A stretch of 64,000 bases of DNA from positions 1,777,808 to 1,841,807 of the forward strand of contig NMRA01000017.1 of assembly GCA_002633005.1 (NCBI GenBank). Reading direction: 5' to 3'. The position numbers and the translations under genes are program-made. This DNA comes from Phoronis australis (Eukaryota > Animalia > Phoronida). Positions within the stretch are counted from its first letter, which is position 1. Each line of letters opens with the position of its first letter. Below the pieces are notes generated by a model. The model saw only the letters and a program-made list of their open reading frames with translations. It ran no database searches and was not told where the DNA came from. Below are positions 52,777 to 64,000 of this stretch, piece after piece.

Positions 52777-53350
52777 TATTATTGAGTGACGTCATTTGCG
52801 ATCGAGGAACAGATGAACCCAAGCGCCTGTGGCTCTATGTCAGTAATATACATTCGAGCTCAAATCTTAGGGCAACTTTCGACAACATCTAAATATAGAT
52901 TATCAAAAAAAAACATCAGAACACTACATCCTTATCATTTCGTGTAATCTTGGAATGTCCCAATAAGACCATTGCGATATTCAATTTGTCATTCCAGGCT
53001 AGTGTTATATGATCAAACAAAGATAGTGTCGTCTTTTAATTTGATATTTTTATCAACCATGTGCACATTTGGTTTGAAGCTCCTCGTAGTGCACTACTGC
53101 GACTGTTGTCCGACGGTAATGTGAAAACACCGAAAATGTTAGTGGAAGAGGTAGGAGCAGGAGTGTACTACATTGATAGATGACAAGGAAACTACGGTGG
53201 ATGTAAGGGCGAGGAGGGAACAAGAACGAAAGTATGAAATAAACCCGGAGAATGTAAAACGTTAATGAACACTTGAATAAAAGCTCATCAATTTCTGCAG
53301 GCTCAGTTGTCGTCTTGGACACTTCACGTCACTGTTAGTAATATACTCAC

Positions 53351-53444
53351 ATTTCCCCATCATGAGGAACACTATCAGGTGTAGATAAAGCTTAAGATTG
53401 CACGCAACCACCTGTGGAACCATGGCCACGAACTGAGGGTTCAT
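53351..53444 (-). CDS. WSC-kringle gene probable first coding exon (signal peptide)
   Basis: MNPQFVAMVPQVVACNLKLYLHLIVFLMMGK with a phase-1 GTGAGT donor, joining in frame to CMQC/LYNY. An upstream acceptor at 53514 suggests a further 5' UTR exon. Confidence 0.55.
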
Positions 53445-54600
53445 ATTGCCACTGCACTGTGTTTGTGGGTGTGTTGTCCCCTTTGAATAGCTGGAGTGTG
53501 AATCCGTTGTTGATCTAAAACTTTTGAAAGAAGAGTAAAGTTCAAATTAGAAGCCTCGTCAATAGCGTGTACAACATCCGACAGAACAAAAGATACCAAA
53601 CTAGGTGCAAACAGCCTTTACAAAATGTCAACACCTCTTTTCCCTTATTCTTGGTCTGAAATAGAGAACTTGCAATAAAACTTCGATTAATGGAAAAAAA
53701 CATCCATGCTAAAACGTGAGCAAAATAAGTTGACGTTACCATCGATCAAAACGTGTCCTCAATATGAAATGGGGCCATTTAAAGAAGCTGCTAAGTTTTC
53801 AAACTAGAATTATACCACTTATCAATCATTCTACTTATGCGTTCAATAAGCTCTACACATTTGTCAATTTTGTTTGCACTTGTGCCTGATGATTTCGTAA
53901 ATTCTCTTTTAGGATGACCTTGGGAAAAATATGGGGCTAATATCAGTGTCTGCAGAATAACAAGGGAGGTAGTGAGCTGGGTAACTTCCAATCTTACTAC
54001 CAAACTTCAGAGTCTGACCGGGTCCCAACTGCAAATGGTAATGGAGGTCACTGATATCTTCAGAAACATGAGAAAACGTCATTTTGAACAACGTAATTAT
54101 GTTTCGAACTAAGAGCAGATCGATGCTATAAGGAAGGACCGGACCCCTTCAGAGAGTGGTTATTTGAAACCTTTTCAAACAACTAACAACTCCTTTCCTT
54201 TCTAGGGTGTTCCTGAATATGCCTAACAACATATATGTATGTAGTCAAAGGAACACTCAAGTCGATCTTAAAAAGTAGCTAATGACGTTAAATAACGATA
54301 TCCTAAAAAACAGTAGCCGCAGCTTAAATAAATACAAGTGTCGACAAAAAGAGCTACAGTTAGCAATCTTATACTTGAAAATGAAAACTTAGATTTTGGC
54401 CTACCAGCATTAAACGGGTCGGTGAGTGCAACTTTTTATTACCATTTTCGCAGGCCCATTTTTTCCCACGGTTGCAAGCTTGGTATATTTCGATAAGAGC
54501 ACTAGAATCTTTCACGGGGGTGTCATTTTCGTCTAAGAACCACTCAACTAAGTTATTTCCATTGTCTCACACCATTTCCAGACAAAATAGTGCCTTCTGT

Positions 54601-56106
54601 ACTGTATGCCTTTCCACTGAGAACACCGTTGTAAGAGTCAGATGTTAAAAAATGAGCCTCAATTAGAATCTCTGGATGTCCAGTACCAACTTCCACTGTC
54701 CCCAGCGATGGAGTTATACTGATTGTCATGCATGTGAACACGTTTGATGTTAGTTAATAGTCATTTTGCAATTTTTACTTCAAAGACTGATTTACAGATT
54801 TGATGTATCTTCGTGTGACTTAGTTTGCGAATTTGAATAAAAATAGCGGATGCCCATGCTCACAGAGTATTTCTTTTCCATATGCTGAGCTTTGTATACC
54901 TTTACCATAATGAGATTTTTACGTTTACTTGTAGTTCTAATGTTTGACCCAGAAAACAAGACCATACACTTACAAGCGTGACACAATGAGAAATAACACA
55001 AAATCGGCAATGTTGGCACTGATTTGCATGGCAAAAACTTACGAGGGGACATTTTCTCAGCTTGTTAACATCTTTTTTTCCTTTTTCACACAGGCGTAGC
55101 TATGCTTCGATTAGACTAATAGAACACAGGACAGAAAGACTCCCAACCTAATGCTACACTCATTTTGATTGTCATTGGTTTACAGCAGCTGTGTCCTAAT
55201 TTTCAACTGAATTTCATTTTATTTTTTACTTCCGTGCAACTCATGTGGTATTTCGATTTGAGCAAAAAAAATATTGAATACAAAAAAATATATTAGACAT
55301 TGAAGTGATGCCACTTCAGAGAAAGTTGGTCAAGAGGCTAAATGTTTCAAGNACTGTATGCCTTTCCGCTGAGGACACCGTTGAGAGAGTCAGATGTTAA
55401 AAAATGAGCCTCAATTAGAATCTCTGGATGTCCAGTACCAACTTCCACTGTCCCCAGCGATGGAGTCATACTGATTGTCATGCATGTGAACACGTTTGAT
55501 GTTAGTTAATAGTCATTTTGCAATTTTTACTTCAAAGACTGATTTACAGTTTTGATGTATCTTCGTGTGACTTAGTTTGCGAATTTGAATGAAAATAGCG
55601 GATGCCCATGCTCACAGAGTATTTCTTTTCCATATGCTGAGTTTTGTATACCTTTACCATAATGAGATAGGTTTTTACGTTTACTTGTAGTTCTAATGTT
55701 TGACCCAGAAAACAAGACCATACACTTACAAGCGTGACACAATGAGAAATAACACAAAATCGGCAATGTTGGCACTGATTTGCATGGCAAAAACTTACGA
55801 GGGAAATTTTCTCAGCTTGTTAACATCTTTTTTTCCGTTTTCACACAGGCGTAGCTATGCTTCGATTAGACTAATAGAACACAGGACAGAAAGACTCCCA
55901 ACCTAATGCTACACTCATTTTGATTGTCATTGGTTTACAGCAGCTGTGTCCTAATTTTCAACTGAATTTCATTTTATTTTTTTTACTTCCGTGCAACTCA
56001 TGTGGTATTTCGATTTGAGCATAAAAATATTGAATACAAAAAGTATATTAGACATTGAAGTGATGCCACTTCAGAGAAAGTTGGTCAAGAGGCTAAATGT
56101 TTCAAG
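54601..56106 (+). repeat. ~750-bp direct tandem duplication joined by a single n (probable haplotype/assembly artefact)
   Basis: 54601-55351 is nearly identical to 55353-56106 with scattered SNPs and indels. The n is at 55352. Confidence 0.9.
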
Positions 56107-58427
56107 CAATCATAAATGACAGCTCCACTTGACTCCCGAATGAGTAGACTCACAATCAACCCCCATAACTCAGTGTAATTCGGATCATTTCCTGACGTCA
56201 TTAAGTAAAACATTGCGAGTAGAAGATTTGATTAGTTGCTTTATAGGAAGGTAAACATGCGAAACAAAGCGAGCAAGGTCGTATGCAGTTCTCTAAATAT
56301 GTCAAAGAATTTAATTTGGATTGTACTGGCACATTCGAGAAGTAATTTCCCCCCATATATTTGATTTATTCCAATTTCACAAATTTGAAAAAAAACTCCG
56401 ATGCCCCTTCAGCTCTGAGCTCTACACTTTCATTGTACGGACTTCAAACCCTGGTTTGGTTTACCAACTACTGAGTGTATGCGTGTGTTTGAGAGCAAGT
56501 CATCTAATTACGGCTCTGTAATGGCTTCACAATATGCAATGTTCAAAATACTTACAGGATGGATTAATGGAACATCGCTTTCAGCAGTGTGTAAACGTTA
56601 CTGGAATTTCTCGTGAGTTGGTTCATTATCACATAAACTAGACCATACCACGTGGCCATTTGACTTAAAACTACAACGATAAAAATATAAAAAGACAATC
56701 AATTCTGTGTCATGTATGCAAGACCATATCTCGTGCTTAATTCACTTAAAACTTCAAGGGTTAAATATAAAAAACAAAAACAGAATTAGAGACGAAGACT
56801 GTAAAATATCAAAGTGATGTTTCCACTGTGTTCCTCAAATTTAAACCACAGAGGAGACAGCATTACCACTGAGTGCTCTTGGCTTGAAATGTGAAAAATG
56901 GACAATCCGTAAAAGCCCATGCCTCAGTTTGTTTGCCGGCGTCCTGAATATTCTGTGTTTGTTTGAAAACCATTTAGTATTATTTTGTGTGAGTCTTCAG
57001 TCTAGTTCATACTTGCAGATAATCTACACTTACCTCCACTGCAGTAAAAGCTGTGACCGACTTCCAGCTCTAGGGTTAGTAAAATATAGGACTTCAGTGG
57101 ATTAAGGTTTCTCTCTCAGTTGTAATACAGCAAAACGCTGTTAAGTTTTAATAAATTGTTGTCATACACTAAGTCAAAACATTCTCATTTCAGAAATGGA
57201 CCTAGTGAAACAAACAGAGTGCAGCTGTATCATGTCTCTGCATCCATTCATAATATTACACCATTTCATTAAAGCAACATCTATACATGTATGTTAAATA
57301 ACTTTAGGGCCTTGCTTAAAAGCAAGACTTTGCAATATTACATGTAGGTAAGATAAAGCTGTGTTTTTTAAATGAGAACAGGTGATTTTAGGTACATTTT
57401 AGCTAGGTCCTGGTGTTACTGAACGTTCCCCGGGATTCTATCATACGGGTGTTTATCCGTAACTACTTGAAATCAGTTTGCGGTTAATCCAAGTTTATGT
57501 ATCATGATATCTTAATTAACACAAAAGTGTCATACTAAGCTCAACATAAATTATTCTGAAAATCAAATATACTTCAAATGAGCATATAAACATAATTACT
57601 GACTTCTGTAAAATCCATGATAAGATAATTATGTGCCATTTATGTACATGTACTTAGCGATACCTTACTGTTGAGCAGTTTTTTAGTGGAATCCTAAGGC
57701 CAATGGCTGCTCGTACAGTAAGGTGTATCTCCCCGTTTGCAGTGGGGTAAGAATCTTCTTACAGCCTATGTTCGGGGGACAAAGATGGCAGACTGTTTCT
57801 GAGTTCCGCAACCTCATTGATTGGAATGGTTATCTTAATAACCATTGACATTTGGGGACTATTTTAAAGTTGGGAATTGAACATGGCACTTCTTATTACG
57901 CAAGGAATTCACAAAAGAAAGTATCACACACCCTTAACAGGAAGCCAAGTTCAACACCAGATTGATCTGCAGCGTCATTTACTGCCATAGCCTTTCAAAC
58001 TACGGCATGTGTGCTGTTGCCGGCACAGTGAATTTTACGATCCCTGGAACTTAAGGTCTCCGATATCCAGGTTTACATGTTCTCGTCTTGTCCTAAATTT
58101 CTTCAAAATGGTGGCTTCCTGTAGAATTGTCGCTCGTTTGCCAGACGATTCTGTTGCGGTTTGAGTTAGCCCTCAAACAAAAGGAAATTTAAAACAAATG
58201 ATTGAATGGCAACACTTCTGCTCAATGTTTGTGGAATAGATACACAAAAAATGTTTTCCGCATCTTCAGTTGAATCTTGTCAACAATTCTGCGTAGGAAT
58301 ACGCATAACAGGGTTCCATGATAGAGCGCACTGCGCATGACCGAACCATTAACGCACACTGATTTGACCAGACCAGACGCAGTTTTATGTGCTCTGTGAA
58401 GTAGCTTACTTACTGTTTTAGCTGGTT

Positions 58428-59400
58428 ATGGCTAACGCAGTGCTAAAGGGCAAAGGCAGGGGGAAGCCAAGGTCTGTGGACGTTGTCGGAGAAATCTTGG
58501 CGCAGGCTAAGAAAACGTCGAAAAGTCCGAGTGCATCCTCGGAAATAGTGGAGCCTGTGGGACCCACTAAACCACTAAAGGTCTCTAACCCTGCCTCTGT
58601 ACATGCGGCAGCAGGAGGTAGTAGTAGTGTGAGTGCTCCCTCTCCAGACTCTCAAATGACTTTACTGATTAGCTCGGTTAATGAACTGGGTGAATTGATT
58701 CGGGCGAGTTTTGAGCGAGAACAAAGTCATCGTTGAGTTGAAAGTTTTTAATGATGAAGAAGGGTTTAATGATAACCGCCATGTTGACCTAGTTTCGAGT
58801 GAACCTCGTCATGAGCAGTGCCAGAGTGTTCTGTCTGAGAATTTGCCGTTGGCTGACCGAGTTGATCAACTGTTAATGGAGAATGTTGGCACGCAAGTTT
58901 CAGATGGTGTTAATCAACTTTTATCGGAGGTTGGCTCCTTGCGAGGAGAATTTGGAAGTTCTGTTAAGAAGTTCTGTGCGCCAGAGAACTTGGACATGCT
59001 GTGATATGGGAAAAGCTGCAGACGTCTACTCGAGTTCGGGACATTACAAAGAAAAATGTTTCAAAAGTCCCACCTGAAAAGCATTATTGTTCAGGTCAGA
59101 TTGGCTGATGAGTTTCTCCTATGTATGGCTGGGAAACATTCTGCAGATTTTCAGGCTTCTTTAGGACGCTTACTGACTCGATTACCCTTGGAGCTAATAC
59201 TGACTTTGAAATTAACAATGCGAGGAGAGGGTTCATTAGGTCTGAGGTTAACCCTCAGTATAAGCATATTTGCTCACCAACAGTTCCAGTTACCAAGGAA
59301 TTGTTTGGATATGACATTTCTAAACAGTTGAAGATATGTCAAAAATACATAAGGTCTGTTATAAGATGGGCACTACTGCCAGATATCCGAGAGGCAGATA
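58428..59400 (+). pseudogene. DIRS gag-like ORF (frameshifted)
   Basis: ATG 58428. Later 'LTDSITLGANTDFEINNARRGFIRSEVNPQYKHICS..PVTKELFGYDI' is typical of DIRS gag C-termini. Confidence 0.75.
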
Positions 59401-59579
59401 TTCTCCTTAATTAAGGAATGTTGCTCATGCTGCTGTTTCAAAAAACGAGGGCCGCCAACATGGGAACCGGAAGCGAGCTTGGTCAACTCCGCCAGCTTTG
59501 TCACCACGACCGGCTGTGCAGACTCGACCATCGGGACAGAACAGACCCAGGAGAAATTAGACCTTAATGTTTCATCATG

Positions 59580-61400
59580 TCAGGTATGCCATAGTCAAAC
59601 TGAAGGTTTTGGGGCTGGTCGTCTGAAGTACTTTGTCAATAATTGTCAACAATTTACTCCTGATCACAATATTTTAAATATTGTTGAACACTGTCATATT
59701 GAATTTGATAGAAACAGTGTTTTGACTCAGCATGTTGTTCCTAAGGAGATAAATTTCTCTTTAGAAGAGAAAATTTTTATTGATCAGGAAACTGAGAAAT
59801 TACTTCAGAAAGAGGTCATACGAATTTCTTCACACTCTGAAGAAGAGTTTATCTCAACAATATTGTTTCGCCCTAAGAAAGATGGGAAATTTAGGATGAT
59901 TTTAAATTTGAAGAAATCCAATGGTTTTATTGAATATCACCATTTTAAAATGGACTCTTTATCATCAGCTGGCAAGCTTATTACACCTGGTTGCTACATG
60001 GTTTCAGTTGATTTGCAAGATGCTTATTGTTCTGTTCCCATAGCTAAGCAACATCAGAAGTATTAGCAATATTCTTGGAGAGGGCAGTTGTACTGCTACC
60101 AGGCACTTCCTAATGTGTTAGCATGTGCTTCTAGATTTTTCGCTAATCTGTGCAAGCCAGTTTATTCGACTCTTCGTAAGGTAGGTCACGATATTGTTGG
60201 GTATATCAATGGCTCTTTAGTTTTAGCAGACACTTTTGTCCTGGGTTTGTAGTACACCTTCAAGAGGCTGTTCTAACACCATCACAGTCTGCAATGTTCT
60301 TGGGGTTTGTTTTGAACTCTCCAGCTTTGACGATCAGGTCAACTGAGGAAAAAAGCGCTTACAGTTAAGGGTGAGTGTTTGAAGTTATTCGTGGCTTGGC
60401 AAGGGTGATTGGGTGGTTAGTGTTCACATTCCCAGGGGTACAGTTTGGTAAATTGCATTAGCGCAATTTTGAAAAATGCAAAACACAGCTTTTGAGATTC
60501 AGCGCTGGGAATTTTTAAAGTTACGCTTGTCAGCAGCTGCGACGTTGGATTTGCAATGATGGATCAGTAATGTGGAAACAACATATAATATAATTAGGTC
60601 GCGAGAGCGAGAAAGTAATTATTGAATCTGATGCCTCTGAGACTGGATGGGGGGGCTGTTTATTTGGGCGTGCAGTCAGGAGGCAGATGGACCACTGATG
60701 AATCTAGGAAGCACATAAATTACTTGAAACTGTTGGCTTCATTTTTTGCCCTCAAATCTTTTGTGACTTTTGATATAAACGGCAAACGTGCAAATTCAGT
60801 CAGATAATACTGCAGCTGTTGCTTACATTAATGCCATGGGAGAAACAAAGTCTGACGAGTGTAATAGTTTAGCAATTCGAATTTGGGAGTTTTGTATTGC
60901 TCGGAATGTTTACTTAGTGCTTGTCACATACAATGTACCTGGCCATAGTTATAACCTAGATGATTTCGAGTCTAGATTTTTTACTGATAACACGGAATGG
61001 ATGTAAGATCGACCTGTTTTTGATCAGATCACAAAAGAGTCATTTATCCCTGAGATTGAGTTGTTTGTTTCGAGGTTGAATTATTAGGTTGAGAGGTTTG
61101 TGTCTTGGCGACCTGAACCAGGGGCAGAATTTATTGATGCTTTTTCAATGAGTTGGCACGGTTTTAAATTTTATGCTTTTCCGCCTGTCAGTCTGATCTC
61201 CCGTTGTGTACAAAAGGTTACAGTGGACCGTGCACAAGGTATTATGATAGTGCCTTATTAGACAACACAGGTGTGGTACCCCAGACTCATGAAAATGTTG
61301 ATTGCCAAACCCCTTGTGCTTCCACAAGGAGTGCTGCGGATGCCAGTGTCGGCTGCGAGACACCCAATGAGGCAGAAGCTAATGCTACTGACCACTCATT
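59580..61400 (+). pseudogene. DIRS pol: RT, RNase H and Dam-like methyltransferase domain (stops and frameshifts)
   Basis: 'GAGRLKYF', 'PKKDGKFRMILNLK', 'HHFKMDS', 'VDLQDAY', 'ESDAS..GWG', 'HINYLKLLA', 'SDNTAAVAYIN.MG', 'ELFVSRLN..FVSWRP..DAFS..FYAFPP..VWYP'. Confidence 0.9.
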
Positions 61401-62360
61401 TACCAGGCGATCCGCTGAGGGTTGGGAGGTTTCTAGCCGCGCAAAAGAAGTTATCTTGGCATCGTGGAGATGCTGCACCAAGAAACAGTATGCCACGTAT
61501 CTTACAAAATGGATACTGTACTGTCGTCAAAGACAGGCTGATCCCATTCGTTCTGCTTTAGCTGCTGGACTGGATTTTTTTTGTCCGAACTAGTTGAAGA
61601 TGGATTGAGTTTTAGTGCGGTCAACTCTGCTCCTAGTGCTTTATCTAATTTTGTTATATTTGGGCAGATTGAGGGTTTTGGCAGTCACCCACTGGTTGTG
61701 AAGTTTATGCGAGGAGTGTCCCAATTGAGACCTCCTGGAACCAAGTACACATATACATGTATATGGGATGTTAACCCGGTGTTGAATTATTTGAGAACTT
61801 TGTCTCCTGTGGCAACATTGACTTTAAAAGAGTTAATATTGAAGCTTGTCATGTTGATTGATCTGTTCTCTGCACAGAGATGTCAGACTATTCATTTATT
61901 TGATATTGATGATATGGTGAAAGATAAGTCTGCTTATAATTTTGTAATTCTCTCACATGTAAAGCAGAGTAGACCAGGAATGTCTCCAGTTGCTGTAAAT
62001 TTTAAAGCTTAACATCCTCCAGATAGAAGGCTCTGTGTCTTTACTGTGCTTATGAAAGATTTGAATCGCAATTCTCGGATTCGAGGGTTGCAGTCACGGT
62101 TGTCTATTAGTTATGTACGGCCTTATCATGCAGTGACTATAGTGAAGCGTTGGTTTAAGGGCAGGCATTGGCACTTCCCAGTTTACTGCTCATAGTACTA
62201 GAGCAGCAAGTGTGTCAGCTGCTAAGCAATGTTCAGTGCCAATTTCTACAATTCTGTCCACAGCTGGATGGTCATGTGCCTCTACTTTTGCTCGGTTCTA
62301 CATGTATGGTGTTTTTGACGAGTTTGCCACTGTGTTGTTGAATGATGTGGCCAGAAATGA
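61400..62360 (+). pseudogene. DIRS tyrosine recombinase (frameshifted)
   Basis: 'SWR..TKKQY..YL.KW', 'SAVNSAPSALS', 'HPLV.KFMRG', 'WDVNPVL', 'SAQRCQT', 'HVKQSRPG', 'AHSTRAAS..AGWS..STFARFY'. Confidence 0.9.
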
Positions 62361-63199
62361 ATGATAATTGATTTGGAACATTTATTGTTGTTTCTGAATA
62401 TGCACATCAGTTGCTTTAAAGTCTCATGGAACCCTATTATGCGTATTCCTACAAGGAAATTTGAAATTAAACGAAACTTCCCGAAGTTGAAGTGTGATTG
62501 TAATTCTGCGTAGGATTATTAGTATAATAGAGGTTACATGCCCGCCTTATAGGTTTCCCTCCCATGTTGGTGAGATGTTTGAGTTCGGGTATGTATTTAA
62601 GGTGCAGTATAGAGCTGATTTGGTCTAATGATGCATATTCCACTTTGAAGAATGGTTCGGTCATACGCAGTGCACTCTCTCGTGTAACCTCTTTTATGCT
62701 AATATTCCTACGCAGAATTACAGTCAAACTTCAACTTAGTGAAGATTCGTTTAATTTCAAAATTGATAGGGATATTTTGGTTTGGGCTGAAAGGCTTTTT
62801 GACAAACTTTGTCAGATGAGTGGAAGGGGTAATGATATTGTCGTTTTGTCGCGTAAAGTCACGATGTCGGTACTTCCGTAACTCACCGGCAATTTCCGTA
62901 CCGTCCTTGACCTCGAGCGGCCCCCGATGGACGTGTGTGGGGTTTTTTGTGAACATTTTTGTTCTTTGACTGCGAATTTCATACGAAGTCGCCGGAACAG
63001 GACACCGTAAATGGTATTGGGAGAAAGGACAATTCTTCATGGTTTGTTGAACCTCTGTTTTGTGTAAATTTATTGAGTTTTGTGTTTGATATGGACGGCT
63101 GAAGTGAAGCACACGTGGAATTTCTGGTCGGGAGTGTCATACCTTGTAGTATTATATGTACATTTAGTGTATTGAGGACGATCAGAAGCTCAGGACGCC

Positions 63200-63840
63200 T
63201 GTGCTTCTAAGCTGCAAAGCGTCTTGAATGAATTTCGCTAGACCTTTCAAGCTATTTTGGAAAATTTGAGTTTGGGCAGAATTCCGTATTAAAATTGGTC
63301 GAATTTGAGTATAGTTTTCTCAGTACAAAATTGAAATGAACTTCATCTTCAATTCCGTTTTTAAAAACACGACAAATCCGTTCATTCACAGAAATTCCGA
63401 AGTGCCGCCCCACCTCAACCTCTAATGCTAGAATACCTGCTCTCAATCAAGCTATGACGGACCTCTGATACACCGGCAGACGCAAAGAATCTTCTACACA
63501 ATAGTCATTCTTAACAGACCTATATAAGCACAGTTTTGGTTTCTCAATGATTATTTTTAACCAGGTTAACTCTTCTAACTGGAACCTGAATGTTTTTTAA
63601 GTTTACGAGAGACACAATTCGTTTGTTCCTGAAATATAATAAAACGCAATTCTCTATGATATTAATTATTGAACTATACCAATGGCAGGAGTTCCGAGGT
63701 TTAAGGTACCATAAAAAGACTTTTTTGAAATTCTGCTTTCTTCCATCAGAACTAAACGATTCCACAGCCATAGCATATTTTCATGTTGTTTATAGTGTGG
63801 ATTTGGCAAACCTGAGTCGCTATAAAATACTGCATTGGCA
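63200..63840 (-). mobile_element. CR1/L2-type LINE 3' end fragment
   Basis: 'RAGILALEVEVGRHFGISVNERICRVFKNGIEDEVHF' is the post-RT C-terminal motif (L.IE.GR....ER.C..C..EDE.HF). Confidence 0.75.
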
Positions 63841-64000
63841 GCATATTTTTGGACCCCTAAGAATATACGTAATGCTCTTGTTCTGATCGTTTCGCGTTTG
63901 TAGTATAGAGAGTATACCCAACTTACAGACCCATAGTCTATGTCAGACGATAGTCTGTGTGGGTTTGTTTAAAAGGTAGCTATGCTTTGAAGTTGTGCGT

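Larger units (their letters stand above)
58285..62764 (+). mobile_element. DIRS1-type tyrosine-recombinase retrotransposon, full-length but mutated
   Basis: Left ITR 58285-58350 is inverted at 62651-62719. Internal complementary region 62423-62517. Domain order gag, RT/RNase H, methyltransferase-like, YR. Confidence 0.92.

Noticed and set aside
54553-54741. 'EILIEAHFLTSDSYNGVLSGKAYS' resembling a DNA-transposase-associated motif
   Set aside because: Too short and degraded to assign a family without a search.
56550-57075. Minus-strand GTAAGT donors (~56555, ~57032) as 5' UTR exons of the WSC-kringle gene
   Set aside because: Donor motifs alone occur by chance and cannot be supported without transcripts.

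Overview
AT-rich, repeat-dense animal genomic DNA from a draft assembly with N-gaps. An invertebrate source is likely, but the lineage cannot be fixed from sequence. It is not prokaryotic, and I see no CRISPR array, rRNA or tRNA. Two host genes are visible. One is a single in-frame + strand exon of an SH3BP5/Sab/parcas-family Rab11-GEF (10805-10978). The other is a - strand multi-exon gene (about 53444 to 24887) that I spliced by hand with consistent intron phases into signal peptide-WSC-WSC-kringle-kringle; it may be nested antisense in an SH3BP5 intron. The rest is largely decayed mobile elements: a near full-length L1/Tx1-type LINE, a Penelope fragment with a degenerate hammerhead ribozyme, P-like, pogo/Tc1-like and hAT-like non-autonomous DNA elements, a DINE-1/HINE-like Helentron derivative, CR1/L2 and Hero/R2-type fragments, a Polinton/Maverick remnant (integrase plus cysteine protease) and a structurally complete but mutated DIRS1-type retrotransposon. 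All family assignments come from motif recognition by eye, with no database search. I see no clear new biological system. The WSC-kringle gene is the best novelty candidate.
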